From the NCBI GenBank assembly GCA_050014975.1, contig JBEKCH010000005.1, forward strand, positions 16,493-80,492: a DNA stretch of 64,000 nucleotides. The letters are read 5' to 3'. Numbering within the stretch: the stretch's first letter is position 1; each line of letters starts with the position of its first letter. The DNA comes from Candidatus Limnocylindrales bacterium (GTDB taxonomy: Bacteria; Chloroflexota; Limnocylindria; Limnocylindrales; CSP1-4). Of this stretch, positions 50,000 through 59,598 are shown one piece after another. Below the pieces are notes generated by a model that did no database searches, was not told the DNA's origin, and saw nothing but the letters and a program-made list of their open reading frames with translations. Made by a program: the position numbers and the translations under genes.

Positions 50000-50978
50000 G
50001 CGACTGCTGGGCCTGCATGGCGCTGCCGAAGACCACGCGGACGACCCTCTCGACGCCGTCTGGGCCCACGTCCAGCAGGCTCGCAACCTCAAGCGGCCGC
50101 ACACCCTGGAGCTGCTCAGGGCGATGGCCGATGAGTTCATCGAGCTTCACGGCGACCGGCTCTTCGGTGACGACTCGGCCATCGTCGCCGGCCTGGCCAG
50201 GATCTCCGGTCGCCGCATCGCGGTCGTCGGTTTCCAGAAGGGCCAGGACACCGAGGAGAACATCCGGCGCAACTTCGGCCTGCCGCATCCCGAGGGTTAT
50301 CGCAAGGCGATGCGGGTGATGGACCTGGCCGAGCGCTACGCCATGCCGGTGCTCACCTTCGTCGACGTCCAGGGCGCCTTCCCGGGCGCCGCGGCCGAGG
50401 AGCGGGGCATCGCCGAGGCGATCGCGAAATCCGTGGGCCTGATGATCCGGCTGCGGACGCCGATCGTCGTCGTCATCACGGGCGAGGGCGGCTCGGGCGG
50501 GGCGCTCGGTCTCGCCGTCGGCGACAGCATCATCGCCCTGGAGAACTCGATCTACGCTGTCATCAGTCCGGAGGGCTGCGCCGCCATCCTGTGGCGGTCC
50601 GGCGAGCAGAGCCACCAGGCCGCCATGGCCATGAAAGTCACCGCCGTCGAACAGCAGCAGCTCGGGATCGTGGACATCGTCATCCCGGAGCCAGGCGAGG
50701 GCGCTCACACCGATCCCGTGGAGACGGCTAGGAGGATCAAGGAAGTCGTCTTGGAGCGGCTCGACGTCCTGGGCCGGATGCCGCTGGACGACCTCGTCGA
50801 GGCCCGCTTCAAGAAGTTCCGGGCCATGGGTCCCTACATAGTCGCCGAACGTCCCGCCGCGCCGCAGGAGCGCGCCGGCATCACCGATCGGCTGCGAAGC
50901 CTGCTGTCAACCAGGCCGTCGATGCCGTCGCTGCCCGGCACCCGGCGCGACGTGCCGCCCGGCCGCGGGGAGGTCTAG
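49992..50978 (+). CDS. accA: Acetyl-CoA carboxylase carboxyltransferase alpha subunit
   Basis: The CT-alpha domain (MPVLTFVDVQGAFPG, ITGEGGSGGALGLAVGD). GGAGG RBS. Confidence 0.9.
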   Translation: MVERLLGLHGAAEDHADDPLDAVWAHVQQARNLKRPHTLELLRAMADEFIELHGDRLFGDDSAIVAGLARISGRRIAVVGFQKGQDTEENIRRNFGLPHPEGYRKAMRVMDLAERYAMPVLTFVDVQGAFPGAAAEERGIAEAIAKSVGLMIRLRTPIVVVITGEGGSGGALGLAVGDSIIALENSIYAVISPEGCAAILWRSGEQSHQAAMAMKVTAVEQQQLGIVDIVIPEPGEGAHTDPVETARRIKEVVLERLDVLGRMPLDDLVEARFKKFRAMGPYIVAERPAAPQERAGITDRLRSLLSTRPSMPSLPGTRRDVPPGRGEV

Positions 50979-50981
50979 CCG

Positions 50982-51623
50982 ATGCCGCAACTGAGAAACG
51001 GCGTGGCAGCCGCCGGCCCTGGAGCGAAGGCTCTGGATCCGCGGGCGGAGCGCGACCACCAGGCCATCTCGAGGCTGGCCGACGATCTGCTGCCGGCCCT
51101 CATCGCCAAGCTGTCCGCCAGCGGACTGGGCGAGATCGAGATCCGTGAAGGCGAGTGGAAGGCCCGCCTGCGCAGACCCGCCGGCGCGGATAGGGCCGCC
51201 CCGGCCGCGGCCGAGGGCCACCCGGCGCCCGGCCACGCTGCCGGCCGCGGACCTGCCGCGAGCCACGGTCGTGGGCTGGTGGAGGAGCGCGACGAGCACA
51301 CACTCGAGGAGGAGGCCGAGGCATCGGCGAACCTGCCTATCGTGGCCATTTCGCCGGCGGTCGGCGTCTACCACCCCCGCAAGGACCTGGCCACCGGGAT
51401 GCGGGTCCGGGCCGGTGATCGCCTCGGCACCGTGGATGTGCTCGGCGTTCGAGAGGAAGTGGTGGCGCCCGTCGACGGCGTGATCGGGTTGAGCCTGGCC
51501 GAAGCCGGCGAGGCCGTGGAATACGGGCAGGAGCTGATCCGCATCGAGCTGCCCGAGAACGCCCATGGCCTCGATGCCATCGGGTCGGACCGCGAGGCGG
51601 CCGCGGTGCTGGGGGAAGCCTGA
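50982..51623 (+). CDS. BCCP-like protein lacking the biotinylatable lysine (degenerate AccB paralog)
   Basis: N-terminus resembles AccB (GLGEIEIREGEWKARLRR). The C-terminal biotinyl-domain fold is present, but EAMKM is replaced by DVLGV, so there is no Lys in the hairpin. Confidence 0.7.
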   Translation: MPQLRNGVAAAGPGAKALDPRAERDHQAISRLADDLLPALIAKLSASGLGEIEIREGEWKARLRRPAGADRAAPAAAEGHPAPGHAAGRGPAASHGRGLVEERDEHTLEEEAEASANLPIVAISPAVGVYHPRKDLATGMRVRAGDRLGTVDVLGVREEVVAPVDGVIGLSLAEAGEAVEYGQELIRIELPENAHGLDAIGSDREAAAVLGEA

Positions 51624-52987
51624 TGTTCAGCAAGATCCTGATCGCCAACCGGGGCGAGATCGCCCTCCGGATCCTGCGCGCCTGCCGGACCCTCGGCGTG
51701 GGAGCGGTGGTCGCCTACAGCGAGGCCGACCGGGATAGCCTGGCCGCCCAGCTCGCCGATGAGGCGATCTGCATCGGTCCGGCCGATTCCCGGCGCAGCT
51801 ACCTCTCCGCCCCGGCCGTGATCTCGGCCGCGGTGGTGACCGGCTGCGACGCCATCCATCCCGGCTACGGGTTCCTGGCGGAGGATGCCGGGTTCGCCGA
51901 CGTCGTCCGGGCCCACGGCCTGACGTTCATCGGTCCCCCCGCCGAAGTCCTCGAGCGCTTCGCCTCCAAGGAGGCGACCCGTCGCCTGCTTGAGGCCCAC
52001 GGCCTGCGCACGATTCCGGGCTCGGGGATGCTGCGCGACGAGGCGCACGCCCTCGAAGAGGCCGAGCGGATCGGCTACCCCGTTCTGATCAAGCCTTCCG
52101 CCGGCGGCGGAGGCAAAGGGATGCGCCTGATCCGGAGCCCGCGCGAGCTCGAGTCCAGCTTCAAGGTCAGCCGGTCCGAGGCCAAAGCTGCCTTCGGGGA
52201 CGACTCCCTGTATATGGAGAAGTACCTCGAGGACAACCGTCACCTGGAGGTCCAGGTGGCAGTGGACCGCTTCGGGCATGCCATTCACATGGGCGAGCGC
52301 GACTGCTCGGTCCAGCGCCGCCACCAGAAGATCCTCGAGGAGACGCCCAGCCCGGCGCTCACCGAGGCTGCCCGCCAGGAACTCTGCTCGCGGGCCGTTC
52401 GGGCGGTGGTGGAAGCCGGCTACGAGAATCTCGGCACGCTCGAGTTCCTGGTCGATGCCAGGGGCGACGCCTACTTCATCGAGATCAACTGCCGGATCCA
52501 GGTCGAGCATCCGATCACTGAGATGTGCACCGGGATCGACATGGTGGCGATGCAGCTCGAGATCGCCGCCGGGGAGCCGCTGGCTATCAGCCAGTCCGAT
52601 GTCGTGTCGCAGGGGCACGCCATAGAGTTCCGGATCCTGGCCGAGGATCCCGGCGACGACTTCCGGCCGCAGGGCGGCCATGTCCTCGGCTATCTCGCGC
52701 CGGGTGGACCAGGTGTCCGCATGGACACTCACCTCTACCCGGGCTACGAAGTCCCGTCCTACTACGACTCGCTCCTGGGCAAGCTCTCCGTCTGGGCGCC
52801 CGATCGGGCCCAGGCGATCGCTCGCGGTGACGCCGCCCTGCGCGAGCTGCTCGTGGACGGCCTGACCACCAACATAGATCTCCACCGAGCCATCCTTGCC
52901 AACCAGGTCTTCATCGACGGCAAGGTGACGACGAACCTGCTCGATCGCGTCGGCAGCGCTGCGTTCGTCGCCTCCGGAGACCGCTGA
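51623..52987 (+). CDS. accC: Biotin carboxylase
   Basis: MFSKILIANRGEIALRILRAC and the ATP-grasp domain. Confidence 0.95.
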   Translation: MFSKILIANRGEIALRILRACRTLGVGAVVAYSEADRDSLAAQLADEAICIGPADSRRSYLSAPAVISAAVVTGCDAIHPGYGFLAEDAGFADVVRAHGLTFIGPPAEVLERFASKEATRRLLEAHGLRTIPGSGMLRDEAHALEEAERIGYPVLIKPSAGGGGKGMRLIRSPRELESSFKVSRSEAKAAFGDDSLYMEKYLEDNRHLEVQVAVDRFGHAIHMGERDCSVQRRHQKILEETPSPALTEAARQELCSRAVRAVVEAGYENLGTLEFLVDARGDAYFIEINCRIQVEHPITEMCTGIDMVAMQLEIAAGEPLAISQSDVVSQGHAIEFRILAEDPGDDFRPQGGHVLGYLAPGGPGVRMDTHLYPGYEVPSYYDSLLGKLSVWAPDRAQAIARGDAALRELLVDGLTTNIDLHRAILANQVFIDGKVTTNLLDRVGSAAFVASGDR

Positions 52988-53012
52988 CCTCCGCCACCAC
53001 CAGGAGTCGCCC

Positions 53013-53486
53013 GTGACCGAGACCGCCGCGACCAACGAGCCCGTTCTGACGACTCGCCAGATCGAGAAGCTGATCCCGCATCGCTGGCCGTTCCTGCTTG
53101 TCGACCGGATCGTGGAGTACGACCCGGAGGCCAAACGGATCGTCGGCGTCAAGTCGGTGACGGCCACGGAGTGGTTCTTCCAGGGCCACTTCCCGGGTCA
53201 GCCGATCATGCCCGGCGTGCTCCAGGTCGAGGCCCTGGCCCAGACGATGGCCGTCCTGGTGGCCCAGCAGCCAGGCTTCGGCGACCGGCTGGGACTCTTC
53301 GCCGCGATCGACGAGTGCCGCTTCAAGCACATCGTCACGCCCGGCGACCAGCTTCGCCTGGAAGTGACCATGGAGCGTCTGGGCAGCAGGTTCGGACGCG
53401 GCCGGGGCGTTGCCAGCGTCAACGGCGAAGTCGCCTGCGAGGCCCTGCTCAGCTTCATCATCGCCCCCGATAGCGCGCTTCGCTGA
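53013..53486 (+). CDS. fabZ: 3-hydroxyacyl-ACP dehydratase FabZ
   Basis: LPHRWPFLLVD...HFPGQPIMPGVL hotdog motif. Confidence 0.9.
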   Translation: MTETAATNEPVLTTRQIEKLIPHRWPFLLVDRIVEYDPEAKRIVGVKSVTATEWFFQGHFPGQPIMPGVLQVEALAQTMAVLVAQQPGFGDRLGLFAAIDECRFKHIVTPGDQLRLEVTMERLGSRFGRGRGVASVNGEVACEALLSFIIAPDSALR

Positions 53487-54229
53487 TGGTCCGGATCGCC
53501 GCCCTGTCTGATGTTCACGGCAACCTGCCGGCTCTCCAGGAAGTCCGCCTGGCCCTCGATGCCGCTCGCCCGGACTACGTGGCGATCTGCGGCGACCTGG
53601 CCTTCAACGGTCCGGACCCGGCCGGAGCCGTCGATCTGGTTCGCGAGCTCGAGCGAGCCGGCGCCTTCGTCATCTGCGGCAACACGGACCTGGCCGTGAC
53701 CGACGGCGACTACACGGCGGCGTTCCCGTGGTTCGCCGACGGCGCGCCCGACTCTTACCGGGTCGCGGCGGAGTGGGCGCGCGACCAGCTCGGGGACGAG
53801 CGCGTGGATTACCTGCGCCGCCTGCCGTGGGAGAGGCGTCTCCGCGTGGGAGCCAGGCTGGTCGTCTTTTGCCACGCCTCGCCCGGCTCGCTCACGGACG
53901 GCCTGGCGGCGGACCTCGATCCGGTCGTGACCATCGATCGCGTCGGGCGCACCGATGCTTCGGTCATCGTTTGCGGCCACACTCACCTGCCTGAGGTGCG
54001 CGAGGTCGGCTGGCGAACGATCGTCAACGACGGCAGCGCCGGGTACGTCTTCGACGGCGATCCGACGGCCAGCTGGGCGCTCATCGAGATCGACGACGAG
54101 GAGGTCAGGGCCGAGATCAAGCGCACCGGCTACGACGTCATGGCCGCGGCGAACGCGGTCTCCGCGCGCGGGCTCCCGGGCGACGTCTACAGGGCCGCCA
54201 CGATCCGCACCGGGAAGCTGGTCCGATGA
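53486..54229 (+). CDS. Metallophosphoesterase (calcineurin-like, YfcE-type)
   Basis: SDVHGN, GDLAFNGPD, GNTD and HTH motifs. Translationally coupled inside the fab operon. Confidence 0.8.
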   Translation: MVRIAALSDVHGNLPALQEVRLALDAARPDYVAICGDLAFNGPDPAGAVDLVRELERAGAFVICGNTDLAVTDGDYTAAFPWFADGAPDSYRVAAEWARDQLGDERVDYLRRLPWERRLRVGARLVVFCHASPGSLTDGLAADLDPVVTIDRVGRTDASVIVCGHTHLPEVREVGWRTIVNDGSAGYVFDGDPTASWALIEIDDEEVRAEIKRTGYDVMAAANAVSARGLPGDVYRAATIRTGKLVR

Positions 54230-55488
54230 GCCGCAACTCCACACCCCGCGTCGTCGTGACGGGCATGGGGGCCGTCACCCCGCTGGGTCTCGACGTCGCC
54301 ACCACCTGGGAAGGACTGGTGGCCGGCCGCTCCGGCGTGGCCACGATCACGCGGTTCGATCCCTCGCGCCTCACGACCCGCATCGCAGCCGAGATCAAGG
54401 GCTTCGACTCATCCGCTCTCCTGGATCGCAAGGAACAGCGGCGCAACGACCGCTACGTCCAGTTCGCCCTCGTCGCGGCCCGTCAGGCGATGGACCAGGC
54501 CGGGCTTCCGGCGCGTCTCCACGGCGAGCTGGCCGAGCGCACCGGCGTTGTCATCGGCACGGGTATCGGAGGCATCGAGACACTCGCCGACCAGGTCCTG
54601 TTGATGGGCCAGCGCGGGCCGGATCGGATGTCCCCGTTCCTGATCCCGATGGCGATCAGCAACCTCGCGGCCGGGGTCACGGCCATCGTCTTCGGCCCGC
54701 AGGGACCGAACATGAGCATCGTCTCCGCCTGCGCCACGGGCGGCCACTCCATCGGCGAGGCCTCGGAGATCATCCGGCGCGGCGACGCCGACGTGATGCT
54801 TGCCGGCGGGTCCGAGGCGACCATGCACGAGTCGCTGGTCGGCGGCTTCGCGGCCATGCGGGCACTGTCCACGCGCAACGACGAGCCGGAGCGCGCCTCT
54901 CGGCCATTCGACCGCCATCGCGACGGGTTCGTCATCGGCGAGGGCTGCGGCGTGCTGGTCCTGGAGTCGCTCGAGCATGCCCGCTCACGCGGCGCAGAGC
55001 CACTCGCGGAGCTGGTGGGTTACGGCGCCACCGCCGACGCCTCGCATATCACGCTGCCCGCCCCCGGCGGCGCGGGTGCCGTCCGCGCCGTTCGCAGGGC
55101 CCTCGAGAAGGCTCACCTGAGCGTGGACGACGTGGTCATGGTGAACGCCCATGCCACCTCCACCGAGGAGGGCGACCCCCGCGAGCTGGAGGCGATGCGC
55201 ACGCTCTTCGGCGATCGTGTCGGCGCGGTAAGCATCACCGCCAACAAGAGCATGATGGGCCACACCCTCGGCGCGGCCGGCGCGATCGAGGCGATCGCCA
55301 CGATCATGAGCGTCCGGACGGGTATCGTTCCACCGACGATCAATCTCGAGGATCCCGACGACGCTGCCGTCGGGCTGGATCTGACTCCGGGCAAGGCTCG
55401 ACGCCGCGAGATCGAGGTCGCGGTTTCCAATTCCTTCGGCTTCGGCGGCCAGAACAGCGCCCTCGTCCTGCGGCGCTGGCACGAATAG
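54226..55488 (+). CDS. fabF: 3-oxoacyl-ACP synthase II
   Basis: RVVVTGMGAVTPLG, active-site Cys (SACATG) and the HxxxH/NSFGFGG C-terminus. Confidence 0.92.
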   Translation: MSRNSTPRVVVTGMGAVTPLGLDVATTWEGLVAGRSGVATITRFDPSRLTTRIAAEIKGFDSSALLDRKEQRRNDRYVQFALVAARQAMDQAGLPARLHGELAERTGVVIGTGIGGIETLADQVLLMGQRGPDRMSPFLIPMAISNLAAGVTAIVFGPQGPNMSIVSACATGGHSIGEASEIIRRGDADVMLAGGSEATMHESLVGGFAAMRALSTRNDEPERASRPFDRHRDGFVIGEGCGVLVLESLEHARSRGAEPLAELVGYGATADASHITLPAPGGAGAVRAVRRALEKAHLSVDDVVMVNAHATSTEEGDPRELEAMRTLFGDRVGAVSITANKSMMGHTLGAAGAIEAIATIMSVRTGIVPPTINLEDPDDAAVGLDLTPGKARRREIEVAVSNSFGFGGQNSALVLRRWHE

Positions 55489-55498
55489 GGGCGCGGCG

Positions 55499-56032
55499 AT
55501 GGCTCCAAGAAGACCGGCACCGGGCGCGGACGACTCCAGGGCCGACGCGTCCGCAGCCACCGAGACGGCCGACCTCTCGGCAGAAACCGCCTCGCTGCTC
55601 GGCCTGATCGACAAGCTCAGCTCGCTGCTGGAGCGCAGCGAGCTGACCGAGCTGGAGGTGCAGGCCGGCGAGACCGGCATAGTCCTGCGCAAGCCATCCG
55701 CCCTCGCGTCCACCGTGGCGCCCCCGCAGGGCGCCGCTCCGGCCGAGGCCTCGGAAGCCATCGCCTCCGCCGAGCCCGCTCTCCCGGCTTCCACGGCCAG
55801 GGCCGTCCGGGCGCCGCTCACGGGGATCTTCTACGCCGCCTCGTCGCCCAGCGCGCCGCCCTACGTCACCGTCGGCCAGCGTGTGGCCGTCGGCCAGGTC
55901 ATCGGCCTGATCGAGGCCATGAAGCTCTTCAACGAGATCAAGTCGGACACCGCGGGCAGGGTGGTCCGCATCGTGGCCGAGTCCGGGAAGCTCGTGAAGG
56001 CGAAGCAACCCCTGATCGAGGTGGAACCGTGA
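55499..56032 (+). CDS. accB: Biotin carboxyl carrier protein (genuine, with EAMKL biotinylation motif)
   Basis: VGQVIGLIEAMKLFNEIKSDTAG. Confidence 0.85.
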   Translation: MAPRRPAPGADDSRADASAATETADLSAETASLLGLIDKLSSLLERSELTELEVQAGETGIVLRKPSALASTVAPPQGAAPAEASEAIASAEPALPASTARAVRAPLTGIFYAASSPSAPPYVTVGQRVAVGQVIGLIEAMKLFNEIKSDTAGRVVRIVAESGKLVKAKQPLIEVEP

Positions 56033-57210
56033 CGGCCGACTCCATGGCCGGGGTCCACCTCACCGGCTGGGGGGCATACGCCCCGAGCCAGGTCCTGACC
56101 AACGCAGACCTGGAGAAGATGGTCGACACCTCGGATGAGTGGATCGTCAGCCGCACCGGGATCTGCGAACGCCGCATCGCGGGACCGAACGAGACCACCG
56201 CCAGCATGGCGGCCGTGGCCGGACTGCGGGCCATCGCGGTGGCAGGGCTCGAACCGGACGATATGGACCTGATCCTGGTCGGAACGCTCACGCCGGACTA
56301 TCCGATGCCATCCGCCGCGGCTCTCGTGAAGGACGCGATCGGCAGCAAACGCGCCCCAGCGATGGACCTTGCGGCGGCCTGCTCCGGCTTCGTGTACGGC
56401 TATGCAACCGCCCACGCCTATATCGCCAGCGGCATGGCCAGACACGTGCTGGTGATCGGTGCGGAGACGCTCACCCGTTGCACCGACTGGACCGACCGAA
56501 GCACGTGCATCCTCTTTGGCGATGCTGCCGGTGCGGCCGTGCTCTCGGCCGCGGACGAGCCGGGCGGAACCCTGGGCATCGAGATGACGACCGACCCGGC
56601 GGGCGCCTACTACATCTGGCTGCCGGCGGGCGGGGCCGCCCGACCGGCGACCGAGGCAACGCTGGCAGCTCGCGAGCACTACATGAAGATGAAGGGCAGC
56701 GAGACCTTCAGAATGGCCGTCCGAACCCTCGGCTCGACCTCGCTGCGGGCCCTCGAAAAGGCCGGACTGGGTCTGGCCGACGTGGACCTCGTCATCCCGC
56801 ACCAGGCCAACGTTCGCATCATCGAAGCCCTCGCCAGGTCGCTCGGCTTCCCCATGGAGCGGATCTTCGTGAACGTCGACCGCTACGGCAACACCTCGGC
56901 CGCGTCCGTGCCGCTGGCCCTCTGCGAGGCGGTCGCCGCCGGCAGGGTGAAGAAGAATGACCGGTTGTTGCTCGTGGCCTTCGGCTCGGGGCTCACGTCC
57001 GGCGCCATCGCGCTGCAATGGACCGCCGATCCGGCGGCCTCGGCGCGGGCCGGTTCCATCGGCCCCGGCGACGTGACCATCCTGCCCGGTTATCTCGACC
57101 CGGTCAATCCGTTCCCACCCGCGCTGGAGTGGCTGCTCGACCGGTCCGCCAGCGCGAGCGCAAGCTCGTCGCACGGCGGCCCGAAGCTCGAAGAAGGGAG
57201 TCTCAGGTGA
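56029..57210 (+). CDS. fabH: 3-oxoacyl-ACP synthase III (with about 60-aa C-terminal extension)
   Basis: AAACSGF active-site Cys, HQANVRII, NVDRYGNTSAAS. Extends past the usual AFGSGLT...W terminus. Confidence 0.9.
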   Translation: MTADSMAGVHLTGWGAYAPSQVLTNADLEKMVDTSDEWIVSRTGICERRIAGPNETTASMAAVAGLRAIAVAGLEPDDMDLILVGTLTPDYPMPSAAALVKDAIGSKRAPAMDLAAACSGFVYGYATAHAYIASGMARHVLVIGAETLTRCTDWTDRSTCILFGDAAGAAVLSAADEPGGTLGIEMTTDPAGAYYIWLPAGGAARPATEATLAAREHYMKMKGSETFRMAVRTLGSTSLRALEKAGLGLADVDLVIPHQANVRIIEALARSLGFPMERIFVNVDRYGNTSAASVPLALCEAVAAGRVKKNDRLLLVAFGSGLTSGAIALQWTADPAASARAGSIGPGDVTILPGYLDPVNPFPPALEWLLDRSASASASSSHGGPKLEEGSLR

Positions 57211-57956
57211 TCGATCTGACCGGCAAGTCCGCCCTCGTCACCGGCGGCGCTCGGGGCATCGGCAAAGCCGTCTGCCTCAATCTCGCACGCCAGGGCGCCG
57301 ACGTAGCGTTCGTTGACGTCGGCCGTCCGGAAGTCGCCGAGGCCACCGTGGCCGAGATCCAGGCTCTCGGCCGCAAGGCGCTCTACATCCCGGCGGACGT
57401 CACGGACCCGGAGGCCTGCGTCAGGGCCGTTGCGGCGGTCGTGGACGCCTTCGGCAAGGTCGACATCCTGGTCAACAACGCCGGCATCACCCGCGACGAC
57501 CTGATCATGCGCATGCCGATCGATGACTGGAAGAAGGTTCTCGAGGTCAATCTCTATGGCGCCTTCTACATGATCAAGGCTGCCATCCGCCCGATGCTCA
57601 AGGCCCACGCCGGCCGGATCATCAACATGTCGAGCGTGTCGGGTCAGGCCGGTCAGATGGGCCAGGCCAACTACTCGTCGTCCAAGGCCGGTCTCATCGG
57701 GCTGACCAAAGCCACCGCACGCGAGGTCGCGTCGCGCGGCATCACCTGCAACGCCGTCGCGCCGGGCTTCATCGTCACCGAATTGACCAAGGACCTGCCG
57801 GCCTCTCTGACCGACCAGATCAAGGCCCAGACGCCGCTCGGGCGCTTCGGGACGGTCGAGGAGATCGCGGCGGCGGTCACGTTCCTGGCCTCGGACGAAG
57901 CCGCCTTCATCACCGGTCAAATCCTCGCCGTCGACGGCGGCCTGGTGATGATGTAG
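57207..57956 (+). CDS. fabG: 3-oxoacyl-ACP reductase
   Basis: TGGARGIGKAV and the SDR catalytic YxxxK (NYSSSKAG). GAAGGGAG RBS. Confidence 0.9.
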   Translation: MIDLTGKSALVTGGARGIGKAVCLNLARQGADVAFVDVGRPEVAEATVAEIQALGRKALYIPADVTDPEACVRAVAAVVDAFGKVDILVNNAGITRDDLIMRMPIDDWKKVLEVNLYGAFYMIKAAIRPMLKAHAGRIINMSSVSGQAGQMGQANYSSSKAGLIGLTKATAREVASRGITCNAVAPGFIVTELTKDLPASLTDQIKAQTPLGRFGTVEEIAAAVTFLASDEAAFITGQILAVDGGLVMM

Positions 57957-58056
57957 CTCCTGGGGTCACACCGTCCCACCGTTCCACGTCCCACGGCGTC
58001 ACGCCGCTGCTGGTTCCAGGGGATCGGGAGCGGCGGGGTAGGATCTATGCTGTGGG

Positions 58057-59513
58057 GTGATCGGGGCCGGTCGACGGACAGAGGTCTTGAGACGGATGAG
58101 CGAGCCCGGAGAGAGAGAGTCCGAGTCGGCTGAGGCGGCGGCCGACTCCGAGCCGGACCGCGAGCCCAACGTCACGCCGGCCAGCCAGGCGGCGGGCCGA
58201 TCGCGGCTGGTGGCGGCCGTGCTGTCGTTCGTCTGGCCCGGGCTCGGACAGCTCTACAGCCGCCGCCGCGTCGCGGCCGCGGTCTTCGCGGTTCCGGTCG
58301 TGCTCGCCGCTGTCTGGCTGGTTCTGCAGCTCACCAACGGCCTGGACTACTTCGGGGCCAGCTTCCTCGACAATTCCTTCGCCCTGGCGTCGATGATCCA
58401 CGCCTATGCCGTGGCCGGGCCTCGTCGGCGGCCGGGCGTGGTGGACACCGCGGTGATCGGTATCCTGCTGGTCGTCGTCGTGGCGGTCCACGGCTTTGCG
58501 GCCGACCTGGCCCTGGCGGCCTACAACTTCGACAACGAGGTCGCCTCCAACCAGCTGATCCCCGACGAGCCCACCCCGGCTCCCACCGGCTCGGCCACTG
58601 CTCCGGCCACCGCCAGCCCGTCGCCCACGGCGGCCTGGACCCCCCCATCGAGCGGTTCGCTCCCACGCCGTCTCACCGGCTCACGATCCTCCTGACCGGT
58701 GTCGATTTCATAGCCGGACGAAACCACGCCATGAACGACTCGATCCTGGTCGCGAGCGTCGACACTCAGACCTACAAGGCCGCCATCCTGAGCATTCCCC
58801 GCGACACGTCCAACTTCGACTTCTACTGGGGCGGCAGCGCCGGCTTCAACACCAAGATCAACAACTTCGCCAACCTGGTTGCCGAAGGCCTGATCCACGC
58901 TCCGGATCCGGCCGCTACCGCGCTCGCCAAGGAAGTGGGCTTTCTCGTGGGGTTGAAGGTCAACTACTATGTCATCGTCGACATCTCGGGCTTCGGCGCG
59001 CTCGTGGACGCCGCTCACGGCGTCTGCGTCACGAACTTCAGGGCGATCAACGATCCCTCGACCGGCACGTTCATTCCGGCGGGCTATCAGTGCATGGACG
59101 GCGCCACCACCCTCAAGTACGTGCGCTCTCGCGAGGGCGCCGGCGACAACGACTACACGCGTGCGCGCCGCCAGCAGGACGTGCTCATCGCCCTGGCAAA
59201 GAAGCTGACCAGCACCGGCGGGATCGGCTACCTGTCGAGTGTCCTGAGCGTTGCCGGCAAGACGGTCCAGACCAACTTCCCGCTCAAGACAGCCCGCAAC
59301 TACGTCACCCTCGCCCGGCACGTCGAAGCCACCACGATCTCGCAATGCGTTCTCGGCCCGCCCTACAACTACCACCCACCCACGTCGTCGACTGGGGGGG
59401 CATGGACGAGTCGCCTAATCATGTACAAGGTTGCCCAGCTGTCGGTCTACCTCTTCGGCTCCGACAGCCGCTACTACGGGATGGAAGGGATCACGCCGGC
59501 TCCCTGCCCGTAG
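58057..59513 (+). pseudogene. LytR-CpsA-Psr (LCP) family cell-wall polymer transferase, split by a +1/-2 frameshift at a C7 homopolymer (58640-58646)
   Basis: The upstream ORF (58057-58695) encodes a TM anchor plus a PT linker. The LCP domain (LTILLTGVDFIAGRNHAMNDSILVASVD...AILSIPRDT...VNYYVIVDISGFGALVDA) continues in frame 0 from before 58650 through 59513. Adding one C to the run would fuse both reading frames. Confidence 0.6.
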
Positions 59514-59598
59514 CAGGGTGCGGGCTCGACGCGCGGGGCCGGGCGATCCGTCCGCCCGTTGGCCTGGAGCCGGCCAATCCGCCTCCGCCGCCGTGTGA

